Assembly (NCBI GenBank): GCA_009914755.4
Contig: CP068257.2
Location: forward strand, 39,424,001 to 39,488,000
Length of the DNA: 64,000 nucleotides
Direction: 5' to 3'
Source: the human T2T-CHM13v2.0 reference genome, Homo sapiens
Shown here: positions 14,986 through 27,443 of the stretch, piece by piece
Layout of the letters: the number at the start of each line of letters is the position of its first letter
Position numbering within the stretch: position 1 is the first letter of the stretch
Program-made: the position numbers and the translations under genes
Notes under the pieces: generated by a model
Seen by the model: only the letters and a program-made list of their open reading frames with translations
The model's database searches: none
Told to the model about the DNA's origin: nothing

Positions 14986-16032
14986 AGAAAATAAAAAAGT
15001 GAAGTGACAATTCAGCAGGGCTTTGTCCTCTGACCGGCCCACCATATATTTTTCCTGGATAAAACCATGTGTAATTGCATAAGAAAATTTTGATATTTAT
15101 TAAGATCTCAAGACATATCTTTTAAGAATATCAAAGGCCTTTCATATCTACTCAAGTCAAGAGCCATTGATAGAAAGTCCTTTGGCTCAAATACAAAAGA
15201 GCATCTTATACTTGAACTGGATAGGAAACCGTAGCTGTGGGGTACTGCAAACCTGTAATCCCAATAGATGTACTAGATCTCCAAGCCCTATGCTAGCAAA
15301 AGGCACTGTAAGCCTCTTCCCCTTTGTGCGGTTACAGATAGAAATGTACAGATGCTACATCCCTTGGACAGAGCATGCATCTACCCTCCCACCTTTATTG
15401 TGCCTAAATCTGCCAGAAGAATGTTATTTTAGAAAATAAATGTCCAGATCATGAGGGTGTGATAGGATTGGAGTGTTCACACAGAGCATAAGACTCATTG
15501 AGGTCATCTTCACAATTATGTAATGTTTGCAGTTGGTTCTTTTAATATCAAGAATGACTACACAGTCCTCCCCAAGTTCTGGCAAGGCTAGGATACGTGA
15601 TAAATTTCACAGTACACACACATGGCATGGTCACAAGAACAGATAAAAATTCAAGAAGGAAGAGATGAGTCTTTGGCATCACTGCAGTGGGACATTCAGT
15701 GGCTCATGGGGGTCTCAAGTCTCTAACAGAGTTGACTGAGCAGGCCCAGTCTCCCATAGGTCCCCAAGTGACTCCGTTCCCAGACCCCTCATCTTCCCAG
15801 GCACCAGTCTCTAGGAAGAGGCACATATTGGAGATGCGCAGAGCGAAGCACACTCTTTCAGGTCAGCGATTCCCAACACAACACCCTAGGGGTGAGAAAT
15901 TAATCCAGACATGGGAAATTAATATGACAACTTTTATTTACTATCATTTTTACTTATCGTACACACATGTAACATATTTGACATGAGTCATATTTCTGAC
16001 ACATTTTATAGTTACATGTATAAAACTATAGA

Positions 16033-16065
16033 AATATGTGAAAATCAAAAATATTTTCACATATT
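16033..16065. other. Perfect 13 bp inverted repeat (palindrome) with 7 bp spacer, followed by a direct repeat of GTGAAAATCAAAAA
   Basis: AATATGTGAAAAT-CAAAAAT-ATTTTCACATATT read directly; GTGAAAATCAAAAA recurs at 16074-16090. Confidence 0.9.
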
Positions 16066-16226
16066 CAAAAATACGTGAAAATCAAAAAAATTTTGAACCT
16101 GTGTACGTATATCAGGACACGTGTTCACAATTTTTTCCAAGAATGCCCTAGATTACCTCCCTTGACCAGGACACTGTATTTCCTTTTTTTTTTTTTAATG
16201 TAGCATTTATGTTTCTTTTTTTTTAT

Positions 16227-16347
16227 TTTATTTTATTATACTTTAAGTTTTAGTGTACATGTGCACAACGTGCAGGTTTGTTGCATATGTATACATGTGC
16301 CATGTGGTGTGCCGCACCCATTAACTCGTCATATAGCATTAGGTATA
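16227..16347 (-). mobile_element. Short L1 3'-terminal fragment (young L1PA-like), reverse orientation
   Basis: TTATTATACTTTAAGTTTTAGTGTACATGTGCACAACGTGCAGGTTTGTTGCATATGTATACATGTGCCATGTGGTGTGCCGCACCCATTAACTCGTCATATAGCATTAGGTATATCTCC is the reverse complement of the L1 3'UTR end; preceded by a T-run. Confidence 0.75.
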
Positions 16348-19300
16348 TCTCCATTAATTTTAAGATTTTACTGGCAAGACTCCCCCCACATTCAATTTGC
16401 AACCAGCTAAAAAGCCATGATATCCTTCACTTAAACTTACGTTGAGCCAGGCCTCCCTACATTTGTGTTAGTAAAAATACTTAATTGAACAAAATGTTAG
16501 AATTTCCATTCGTCCTTATTTGAATTTATTTTGTTGATTTCGGCCCACTATTTTTGCCTGTCAGGATTAATACATTTGTTCATTCTCAACTACGTTTAAA
16601 AACAAAAAATTATATAGAAAAAAAAGACTGGAGAAAGATAGGCAAAATATTGACAGAGGTTGTCCCAAGGTTACCAGTTGAAGGTGATTTATTATACTTT
16701 CTCACGCTATTTTTACTTTTGAAATTTTCTATAATAAGCGTGCATTTCTATAACAATAGAAAGATAAACATTTGTAGAGCATATGCTTAAATTCTATCAT
16801 CTTGCCTCTTCACCGCCTCTCCAGACCCCATGTCAATGGTAAATGCTCTAAGTTTGTATCTCTAAAGCACGAAGTAGGATTTCATCTATAACTTTGACTT
16901 GGTATTAATGGTTTATTTCCATTAACATTTCACAATTTCAAAGAACAATAACATTTAGCCATAAAATGGCATTTAACCAAAGAGGACATGCATTAAGGCA
17001 AATGGAGGAGACTGCGTGGTTTGCACGCTCTGGGACATACCAGGCTAACCTGTAAGGAGAATGTCTTGTCCCCCTGCCCTGGTTTGTGCAGGGAGAATCC
17101 ATTCAGCTCCTGAGGATGAACACTTCTTTTGCAAGGTATTTGCAAACCACACCATATCCACCTTTTATTTAAGTTTTTGATTTGCTGATAAATGGCTTAT
17201 TATCTTCAGAAAAAATATTAGCTAAGCCCAGATCTTTTACCTGTTTCCTGCCGAAAGTGGCCAGATCAAAGCTGATATCAAAATTTTATCCTAATAAACA
17301 TTTCACATCAACTTTGAATAGAACAAAATAGTTAACCGCAGTTGTAATTTTTTAAAATGTTGAAATAATTGACTCAATGTGTGACTGGTGAGCTAAGCCA
17401 GTGCTAACCGGGGCAAACCAGCTGTGTCACTGTCCATGAGCCAATCTTCTGTCCATGGTCCCCACTGCACCCCTGGATGGGGCGAGGACGCTGATGGACT
17501 TGCAGAGAGGAGTCGGTGAGGCTGCATCAGCCCCAGACAGCAGGACAACCACTGGGAGCCCTCACCATGAGCAGAAATGTCACCTCCCCAGAGCCGAGGA
17601 AAAGCAGAAGGCATCCTACAAAAACCTTCACAAAGGTAAGTACTGACCAACAGAAAGTGTGGACTGTGGACTGTGTGGAATGTACCAGATAAAAGCAGAG
17701 ACATTTGGATATGTTTCCTAAATGCAGTAAATGCTGAATGAGGTGAATGAGCATTGATGGAATCGGAGGCGATAAGAGCAGCAGGCACAGGACGAGTCCC
17801 ATGGGGACGTGCTGGATAAACCAGACAGTGTTTTGACGATGCTACAGCCACGGCAGCACGAAGAAATCAGCAGTTAAGAAGAAAGTAAGATCATGAGGGG
17901 ACTCAAAATTGGTATGAGCAATATGTTATTGTGTTTCTAAAGATGAAAACATTCACGGCGTAGATTATAAATATGCAGCTATTATCAATGATTCTGTACA
18001 AGATGTGTTATTATCTAGATTCTTAAACTAGTAGCTTAGATGCAACCATTATGAAATGATTGTACAGAAGGAATATAGGAGAATTGGGGCCTAATTAGGG
18101 TACAGGAAGCCTGATGGGAAGGCAAGGCTTACAAATGAATCTAGGGTAGGGGTTTGAATTCAGAGTGAGGGCTCATTTTTGACCCTGTTCTTGATCCTAA
18201 GAGGGTGTAATAAAGACCATATTTCTAAACTCATATATAATGCATATCTATCACTTTGTATAATTATAGTAGGTATATTTCATATATTTCTGAAAAATTG
18301 TATGCTAATACTTCTTTTTGGAAAGTCAAATTATGCTCTAAATGCACCAGAGGAGATAATGCATAGACAATTGCTTTGAAAAATTTTAAAGCACAAAAAT
18401 ATCAGTTATTAATGATAACATCTGCACCATAATCTGTGACCATAACTCTAACTTGGTGTTAAAAACTCAATATGTAAAATTACGATGACAGTAAAATAAA
18501 TACTGATTATCTCTTTTTAAAAAATGAAGACCTCTCATGTAAAATAAATGCATTTCCTCACATTTTGTGTTTTTTATGTTTATGCTGTAGAAAATGAATT
18601 CAGCTGCTGCATCCCAGATGAGCTGGCCCAGAAACCAGTTTGTTCCAGCAGCCCAGACCTGACTTAGCTTATGAGCCTATGGGGAGCAGGAGCAAACACA
18701 TAGATGCACACTAAAGAAAGTGAAAACAAAGATACAATTTGGTGGCTAACTGTACACAGAAGAAAAAGACTTCAGGCATCAGGAACCAACCAAAGAGCAG
18801 CCTGGGTGACTAAGAGATGTTACTGTCATCGCCAAAAAACTGGATAGTTTTGGAGTGAAGCCAGGCTGGGGTATACGGCCAGGAGGATAGTGAAACATCA
18901 TGGATTCAGTTTCCTCGGATGAGCTTGGGTGTTCAAATCACTGACAATCAGCATCTCAGCCTGAGAGCTTACACTTCCGTCTTGTGAAGTTTTAACCGGT
19001 GTGAGTAGGTTTCCAAGAACCTGGTCATCCCCACAGGATCTGATGAAAATTAGTTCCTAGATCCACAAAAAAAGGAAGCAGGGCTGGAGGCCACAGCCGG
19101 CCTGATTCTCAACCATGTGCAATATAGGAAGACCAGCTTTAGCACAAGTCAGGGCCTCCAACCTGAGCCCAAACAGCTGTCCACAAGGAGCTGGGGCATG
19201 CGCCCCAAGCTGAGCCAACCCTCTTTAGACATCAGCAGCGGGCCAGGGTCGGCCAAAGCTCCTCATGATATGCTAACATACTCTATGACACCCTATTTTG

Positions 19301-20277
19301 CTGCTAGAAATGACTAGAGAGGAGAAAAGGAGCCAGAATGAATCATTATATTAATAGCTCTCCAATTCAAAATAAAACATTTTCTGAAAGTTTACTCTTT
19401 GAAGAAAATTAGCAAATCATTATTGAAAATTCAGAGTAAAGGTGATTGTCGTGTTAGACCCTGAAATGCACACAGCTACGGGAGACGCATCACAGTTTGT
19501 CGTTGAAGGACAATGGACACTCCTACGAATTCTAGTAGAAAATTGAGGTCTACATTAGCAAAAAAAAAAAAAAAAATTAAATCCATATTGAAACATTTAA
19601 AGATATGAGGAAAGAAATTGCATTTGAACTACTGTTTCAACAGATAGAGTATTCTCTGCCATTGACATTGTGCTCTCAAAAGAATCAGTGTTGTACCTGA
19701 AAGTGTTTCTAAGAGACAGAAAAATCACATGCTCACATGGCCACTCTCAACGTGGATGCTCCATCGTTGCTTCCCAAACCCCTCTATACATTCATGCCTA
19801 AAATTCCTCTAAGAACACAAACGTTTGAAAGCTTGGAGCCTGGGTGAGAAGCCAACAATGCAGCTGATGGCCGTGCCACCTCTTCCTGTAGATATGTCAC
19901 ACGTGTGTAGCTGTCACCGCGGCATTAGTCATATATTTTTCAGAGGAATGACACACACCAGAAGTACTAGATCACTTACATGTTAATTGCAATTACACAG
20001 CAAAACATAATGGGCTGCCAAAATATTCACAGGATAATTGCCCTGCGATGACAAGATAATTCTTCCTATTCTTCCAAAACAGAAGGTAGTTGCCCCATCT
20101 AATTACTTTACAATCTTCCAGGCAAGAAATTTTCACTTGGTCCCAGCCAAGCTGGTACCTCTCCGCGCATGGCCTCTCTCTGAGCAGCCTTCATCAGCTC
20201 AGGGGATGTGTGCGGGTATGCCAGGATCCCATCCAGGCTGCCTGACCTCAGCACCACTGACTTGCAGAGCCAGATGC

Positions 20278-20280
<3 letters not shown>

Positions 20281-20328
<48 letters not shown>
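20281..20328. repeat. (GT)24 dinucleotide microsatellite
   Basis: 24 uninterrupted TG units read directly. Confidence 0.97.
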
Positions 20329-20329
<1 letters not shown>

Positions 20330-21225
20330 AGGGGATCAGCAGGGGTGGGCACCAGCCTGTGAATTTTTTGTAGAATGTTTAGCCGCACCCCTGGTCTCTA
20401 CCCACTAGATGATAATACCACCCACCACACTCAGTTGTGACAACCAAAAATGCTTCCCCGACACTGCCAAATGTGCCCTCGGGGCCTACCATTGGGAACC
20501 ACGGGATTCTGTGTATTTGCCCAGTTGTTGAGGAAGTAGGTCCTGTGCATAGCGGTTGATCCAGGGGCACAGCTCAGAAGCAGGGAGGCTGGGTACTGGA
20601 CACCCTCTCCTCCTCAGTCCTCCTCTTCCCACCCCTCCAGGAACTCAGCCAGGCTGCCCTCTCCTCACCTAATGTCTCAACTCTAAAAAGCCAGGCAGGC
20701 CTTCCTCCCTCCAAAGAGCCCCCAGCTGTGAAACAACCCTGCTGCCTGCCCTGCTTTCCACAATGCCCCTCCCACCACCAGACCGGGCGCAGAGGCCTTC
20801 TCAAGGCTGTTTCACCAGCGCTGCCCATCTCAGGTCAGAACGAGGGGAGAAAGCACTTTGATTGAAAAATAAGGCATACAACAATGATATCCTTAATTCT
20901 CACAGGGGTGTTTGATGAGAATTCAGGTAGTGTGCACCAATGAACAAAGAAATAGTGTGGGGTCAGAAAGCCATTTTCAGTATTCCCTGCATAAGGCTGG
21001 CCCTCCTGAGCCCTTCCCAGACCCTGGGGGCCGGGCAATGCTTCAGAGTCCAGGACAGTCCAGTCCTGAATAAAAGGAGCAGACAGTGGATCCTGAATTG
21101 ACTTGATTTAACTTGTCTCTGATTATTTCAAATAATAAATTAGGAAACTTACAGAAGATTCTCAGTACAGCATTATAATGTGCTTAAGATACAATCACCA
21201 AGTGGTGATATAATTGCCTTAGAAT

Positions 21226-21433
21226 AGGGGTTGGCAAACATTGTGTGTAAAGGGCCAAAGACTTAATATTTTAGGCATTGTGGATCACACAAGAACTATT
21301 TTATTCTGCCATTTTAGCATGCCATAGACAATATGTAAATTAATGAGTGTGGTCGTGTTCCAATAAAACTTTATTGACAAAAGCAGGCTAGGGGCCGGAT
21401 TTAATTAGGGCCATAGTTTGCCTATCCCTGTCT
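21226..21433. mobile_element. hAT-type non-autonomous DNA transposon (MITE-like, ~210 bp)
   Basis: Terminal inverted repeats AGGGGTTGGCAAAC (left) and GTTTGCCTATCCCTG (right, reverse complement CAGGGATAGGCAAAC); internal ...CCATAGACAATATGTAAATTAATGAGTGTGGTCGTGTTCCAATAAAACTTTATTGACAAAAGCAGGCTAGGGGCCGGATTTAA typical of a common human hAT MITE family; exact family name not certain. Confidence 0.5.
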
Positions 21434-21654
21434 AGGAGGATTTCCACTTGCTTTTGCATCCAACGATTACTGAGTTTGAATTAGGAGCCAGGCATTGGGA
21501 AGCACACTGGGGATATCGGATGAGTAGCACACTGACCCACCTCCTAAGAAGCTTGCAGCCTAGTGGGGGTGATGTGTAAATAGCAGATCCAGAAGAATAG
21601 ATACAGCAGAAACCCAGAGGCATAATCAACCCCCTGCCACCCCCAGGTGAGGGG

Positions 21655-21860
21655 TCCCTTGGCCTCATGCTCACCAACTCCCAACTTATTTATCTGCTCC
21701 TATTTACGGCAAAACTCCCCAAAACAGTAGTGGTCTATGTTGCTATCTCTGCCTCCTCAGCTCCCCCCACCCCCAGTCTATTGAGCCTATTCCATGTGGG
21801 TTTCTGGTCCCAAACATTCCTCTGGAATGTTGTCAGGAATGACAGTCACTCTAAATAAAG
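21655..21860 (+). repeat. Copy 1 of an unclassified ancient dispersed repeat (second copy at 24320-24520)
   Basis: About 85% identical by eye to 24320-24520 over ~200 bp (CTCCCCAAAA.AGT.GTCTAT.TTGCT...GTGGGTTTCTGG.CCCA.ACATTCCTCTGGAATG.TGTCAGGAATGACAGT.ACTC); family not named. Confidence 0.4.
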
Positions 21861-22051
21861 CCTTCACCAGGGGCTCCAGGTGCGCTGAAGTTGCCCATCC
21901 ACTGACAGAGGCTTCGTTTCTGCAGAGGCTACCACCTACGCCTCATCAACACACTTGAGGTATCCCATCCTGTGTCCCTGGCAGCTGGGGCTTCCCACCA
22001 TGGCCATGCCCCAGAGGGCATCCTCTTTCTTCTGAGTCTCCTGTGCTCATA

Positions 22052-22094
22052 GTAAAAAAAAAAAAAAAAAAAAAAAGAGAGAGAGAGAGAGAGA
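22052..22094. repeat. Poly-A(23) followed by (GA)9
   Basis: AAAAAAAAAAAAAAAAAAAAAAAGAGAGAGAGAGAGAGAGA. Confidence 0.95.
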
Positions 22095-23312
22095 CTACAG
22101 TTCTGAAATGCCCCATCTCCAATAAATTTTACCCTATGCTCCTATCTCTGCCCCTGCCAGATGCCTGCCAAAGTGAAGGGCAGGGATTTAGCCAGCCACT
22201 GTCCACTCCCTGCCCACTTTGTGGCTCAACTCAGAGGCATCCTTCAAGTTCCACCATATCATATTCATGTACTATCTTCTTTGCTGTAATTTATGGACAC
22301 AATTGGAGCACTTCCGAGCTCCAATTAAGATGGTGAATGTATCTCATTTTATAATATTTAGCAAGACTTCACCACTGGCTGACCTTCCAAATGCGAAGAT
22401 TGGGCTATATTTTAATTCTCACTTCGTGGTGATAGCTTTGTGTCTGAGTTATGAGTGAGAGAATATAAGATGCTATTGTTTTCCTCTTTTCTAACCACAA
22501 AGGGCAATTGCATTGGAAGTGGAAATTTCATAGCAAGGAAAATGAAGACACCCACTCCTGTAGCATTACGGGAAATAGTTCACTGACTCCGCAGTTCAGA
22601 TGCTGTCTTTGATCATTACAACATACCTGTACCTCTGATTTTTAAAATTCCACCCATCACAACATCATCCAAGGGTGCACATGAAGAAAATCAGCACATT
22701 AATTTTTGTAGCAAAAACATTAGGGAGGGATTGCAATTCACAGCTTATACTGGTTCAAGATCAACAGCAATGACATAAAACCACCTAGTGACAGGCTTCC
22801 TGGAGAAGTCCCAAATTTGCAAATAGACAAAAATGCTGTCAACTGAAATTAGTGGAAATTGAAGGCCTTTGACCTATCCTACTCTGAAGCCTGAGTCGGC
22901 TGCACAGGTCCTGCAGGCCTTCCCTTTGTGAAAAGAGGCAGAGAGATGGGGTTCTGTGCCTTGGCCACTGGGGCAAAGAGCAGAGCACAAAGCTGAGACC
23001 ATGACCAACCTCTGTCACAGTCACCACGCTGCTGAAATGACTGGCTTTACTAGCAGCATTGCCAAATCAGAAGTCACGGCTGGGGATTATGTAGCTATGC
23101 CTGGGGCACGCACGCATCAGAGGCCTAGTCTGTGATATGGCAGAGGCTGAAAGCACCATCTGTCCACCATCCCTCTCTCACCAGCCTGCTCTATCTCCGA
23201 AAGAGGAGTAACCTTTGGTAGTGTCAGTGCTTTCACAGAGGTCAATGCACCCTATGAGCAGGATGGAACTCAGAACCATGGCTCTCATACTCTGTAAATT
23301 CTCATAAAGATG

Positions 23313-23790
23313 TATTAGTTTCCTGTTGCTGCTGTAACAAGTGATTGCAGATGCAGTGGTTAACAATACACACATTTACTCTCCTATTGCTGCAACAGCC
23401 CAAAGTCAGAAATGAATCTTGCAAGACTAAAATCAAGGTATAAACAGGGCTGTGTTCCTTCTAGACTCTACGGGGAGTGTTTTCTTGCCTTTTTCAGATT
23501 CTAGAGTGCACCCAAGTTCCTTGGCTGGCAGCTCCTCCCTCCAATTTCAAAGCGTGTCACTCCATCTCTGTTTTTGACACCTGCCACATCTTCTTTTCTG
23601 ACTCTAACCTCCTACTTTCTTCCTATAAGGACCTTTGTGATTACTATGAGCCCACCCAGATGATCCAAGACCACCCTCCCCTCTCAAAATCCTTAACTTA
23701 CTCACACCTACAAAGTCCTTTTTGCTGTGTAATATAGCATATTTACAGGTTCTGAGGATTAAAACATGGATATCTTGTTGGGGGAGGAAT
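23313..23790 (-). mobile_element. MLT1-family MaLR LTR (reverse orientation)
   Basis: Reads as the reverse complement of the MLT1 architecture: TATTAGTTTCCTGTTGCTGCTGTAACAAG...AAAATCAAGGT...CCTATAAGGACCTTTGTGATTACTATGAGCCCACCCAGATGATCCAAGA...CATATTTACAGGTTCTGAGGATTAAAACATGGATATCTTGTTGGGGG. Confidence 0.6.
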
Positions 23791-24049
23791 GGTAATTATT
23801 CTTTCTATCGCAAACACATGAAAAGGCAAAATCCAGAATGAAATACTGCCTGTCAAAGGCAGAGGACAGGACACTTAGAAATGGATGCTAATTCAAAGGT
23901 CTGCTGGCTGGAAGACGTGAAGGGAGAGGTAAGAAAAAGGAGGAGAAAGGTAGAGATTGCCAAATTCAGAGACAGAGAGCACTTGAAACCACAGCACTGA
24001 CTTGGAGTCAGCAGCCCTGGGACGCAAGCTGGCCTGGCGCCACCCTTTT

Positions 24050-24840
24050 CTGTGACTCTATGCATGACCCATGCCTTTCTGAGCTTTATTCTGCTCTCTT
24101 CCTCACCCTTCACTGCCTCCCACCCTGGCTCTGCACTGGTGAATGTGGGCTTCCTTCCTGGTCGAGCTGCTCCTGTCAACCCCTCTCTGGGACTCTGTGT
24201 CCCTCCTCTCACCTGTGCCTCACAAGTCATCTTCTCACTCTTCTCCTCTGTCCTTCTTCTCCAAGGAATCACTCCTTTATCCCACAAACATGCTGGAATC
24301 TCCCTTCTCAGAAAGAAATCTCCCTTGGCCTCATGTTCACCTCTGCCCAGCTTATTTCTCTGCTCCTATTTATAGTAAAACTCCCCAAAATAGTGATCTA
24401 TCTTGCTGTCCACCTCCTCAGCTCCGCTCACCCCCGGTCTATTGATCCTACTCCGTGTGGGTTTCTGGCCCCAGACATTCCTCTGGAATGCTGTCAGGAA
24501 TGACAGTGACTGCTTTGTCTTGCCTGGGGGCAGTCCTCTCACCTTCCTTGACTTCTCAGTGCCTTGGACATGGCTGATCACCCCTCCCTTTTCAGCATTT
24601 CCTTCCTTGCCTCCCTTGACATCAGGTCCCCCAGTCTTCTCCCTGTCTCCCTGTCTGCATCTTCTTGGCCTCGTTTGCCAATCCCCACTCCTTCCTTTGC
24701 CAGCTTGTCAACGTCGGGCACCACTGGCTCCGTCCTCAGACCTCTCCTCTTCCTACTCCTGTTCTCTTGGTGAGTTTACACAGTCTCACCACCCTCAATG
24801 CCTCCTGCATGCTAAAAGTGACCTCATCTCCCTTATGAGC
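24050..24840 (+). repeat. Unclassified ancient interspersed repeat (contains copy 2 of the 21655 repeat)
   Basis: Pyrimidine-rich degenerate sequence; 24320-24520 is a paralogue of 21655-21860. Confidence 0.3.
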
Positions 24841-25191
24841 TGCATTAGTCTGTTCTCATGCTGCTAATAAAGACATGCCCAGGACTGGGTAATTTATAAA
24901 GAAAAGGAGGCTTAATGGACTCACAGTTCCACATGACTGGGGAGGCCTCACAATCATGGTGGAAGGCAAAGGAGGAGCAAAGGCACATCTTACATGGTGG
25001 CAGGTGAGAGAGAGTGTGCCCTTTATAAAACCATCAGATCTCATGATTTATTCACTGTCACAAGAACGACACGGGTAAAACCCACCCCCGCATTCAAAGA
25101 CCTCCCATCAGATCCTTCCCACGACACATGGGGATTATGGGATCTACAGCTCGAGATGAGATTTGGGTGGGGACACAGCCAGATCACATCA
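24841..25191 (-). mobile_element. THE1/MST-type MaLR solitary LTR
   Basis: TGCATTAGTCTGTTCTCATGCTGCTAATAAAGACATGCCCAGGACTGGGTAATTTATAAAG...GGAGGCCTCACAATCATGGTGGAAGGCAAAGGAGGAGCAAAGGCACATCTTACATGGTGGCAGG...GGGGATTATGGGATCTACAGCTCGAGATGAGATTTGGGTGGGGACACAGCCAGATCACATCA is the reverse complement of the THE1/MST consensus. Confidence 0.8.
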
Positions 25192-25564
25192 GCACCTCAA
25201 GCGCCCTTCCCATCTCGAGACTCCTGTATCCAGCTCCTACCCAGTATCTCTATGTGGATACCAGACATACATCTCAGACACAGCAGGCCCAAAGATGAGC
25301 CTTGGTTCATTACCTCCAGCCCTGCTACTCCCAAGGTCACCCCTACTTCAGCAAATCCGTTCTGACTGCTCAAGCCAAAATTCTAGGGGCCAACATTGCC
25401 TCCTCACCCTCTGCTGCTGTACCCGCAGCTCAGTCGTGAAGCCCATTGGTTCTATATTCAAAGCCTATTCAGAGATTACTCTGCACTTTGTGCAGCCTCC
25501 ACCAAAAATCCCTAAGCCTAAGCCACCATCGTTCTTCGCCTCGAATACTCGAGACAAGTGGTCC

Positions 25565-26075
25565 TCCTTATCTGCAGTTTTACTTTCCACAGTTGCAGTT
25601 ACCCACAGTCGACTGTGGTCTGAAAATATTAAATGGAAAAAATTCAGAGATAAACAGTCCATTAAGTTTTAAATTATGCATCATTCTGGGTAGCCCGATG
25701 AAATCTCTCACCATCTTGCTCTATCCTGCCTGGGATGTGAACCCCCTCTTTGTCCAGCATCCCCACACTGTCTGCACTATGCTCGCATAAGTCACTTAGT
25801 AGCTATCTCAGTGATCAGATGGACTGTTGTGATATCACAGTGCTTGTGTCCAAACCACCCTGATTTTACTTTTATTATAGTATGTTGCTACAGGTGTTTT
25901 ATTTTATTATTAGTTACTGTTAATCTCTTACTGTGCCTAATTTTTAAGTTAAGCTTCATCATAGGTATCTATAGGACAAGACATAATCTATATAGGGTTT
26001 AGTACTATCCGTGGCAACAGACATCCACCGGAGGTCCTGCAAGGCCTCCCCTGGGTCAAGAGGGGCTACTGTAGA
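25565..26075 (+). mobile_element. Tigger-family non-autonomous DNA transposon (internally deleted, both termini present)
   Basis: 5' terminus CAGTTTTACTTTCCACAGTTGCAGTTACCCACAGTCGACTGTGGTCTGAAAATATTAAATGGAAAAAATTCAGAGATAAACA...GCATCATTCTGGGTAGCCCGATGAAATCTCTCACCATC... and 3' terminus GGGTTTAGTACTATCCGTGGCAACAGACATCCACCGGAGGTCCTG...GGGGCTACTGTAG match Tigger1/2 ends. Confidence 0.6.
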
Positions 26076-27076
26076 CTGCTCACCACCTTCCCTTCTTGCC
26101 CCATCTATGTTCTATTTTCAACACAACAGCCAAAGAGTAATACTTTCCTTTTAAAAAACAAAATCAGATCTTGTCTTTCCCCCACCCAAAATCTTCCCAC
26201 GACGTCCTATCTCATGCAGAAAAAACAGACAACAGTACACCCACCAGTTCCCTGTGATGCTCATGTGGCTCCAGTTCAGCCTCTCCGGCCTCATTCCCAG
26301 AGGCTCCCATCCAGCCTCACTATTCCTGGAACAGCAGCCTCTGTGCCGTGCACTTGCCAAGTCCACTGCGGAGACCCTAGTTTCTTCAGACCTTCCCAAG
26401 GTTCACGCCCTGACTTTATGGTGTCTCTGCTCAAATGCCTCTTTCTTGAGAGGCCTTCCCTGGCCACCACATCCAACATGGCTCCTTGTTTCCCCAGCCC
26501 TTTTCCCTGTCCTTTTGCAGAATGTGAAACACACCATCGCATGCAATCAGTGTGCATGTTTACCTGTGGATTTCCCATGTTCCTACTGGAATGTGAGCAC
26601 CGTAAGGACTGATATTTCATGGGTCTCTCTCTGTTGCATTTCCAGGACCTAGAATAACACCCAGTGCATAGGAGGTGCTCTATTTGTAGAATGTAGAGTG
26701 TTTGTAGAATGCGAGTGTGCTCTCACAGCACGACTGTTCACACCATCACGGTGCTCTCTTGCTCTATTCTAATTGTCTGTCACTCCAATCGCCTCCCACA
26801 CAGGGCTATAAGATCTTCAGGGGTGGGGGTGTTATCTCCTTTGCCCCAATGCCTAGGTATTTGTATGTCTTGGATGCTTGGAAAGATGAATGGAGAAATG
26901 AATTGATGAGATTAGATGAGTCAGAATTATGCCTAAGGTTGGCCTTGGGCCCACTGTTCGACAGGTAAATTGGTTTGCTTTTAATTCATCAGACATTTCA
27001 GTGGGCTGTATAAATGCCATCCCAGCTGGTTACACAGGCAGGAACAATTGAAATGATATTAAAAAAAAAAAATCTG

Positions 27077-27443
<367 letters not shown>

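Noticed and set aside
20574-20830. GC-rich block with a long Gly/Arg/Trp-rich minus-strand ORF (84 aa) as a possible exon
   Set aside because: Low CpG content and no splice-site context, and the ORF composition reflects GC-richness. It most likely is a degenerate ancient repeat fragment.
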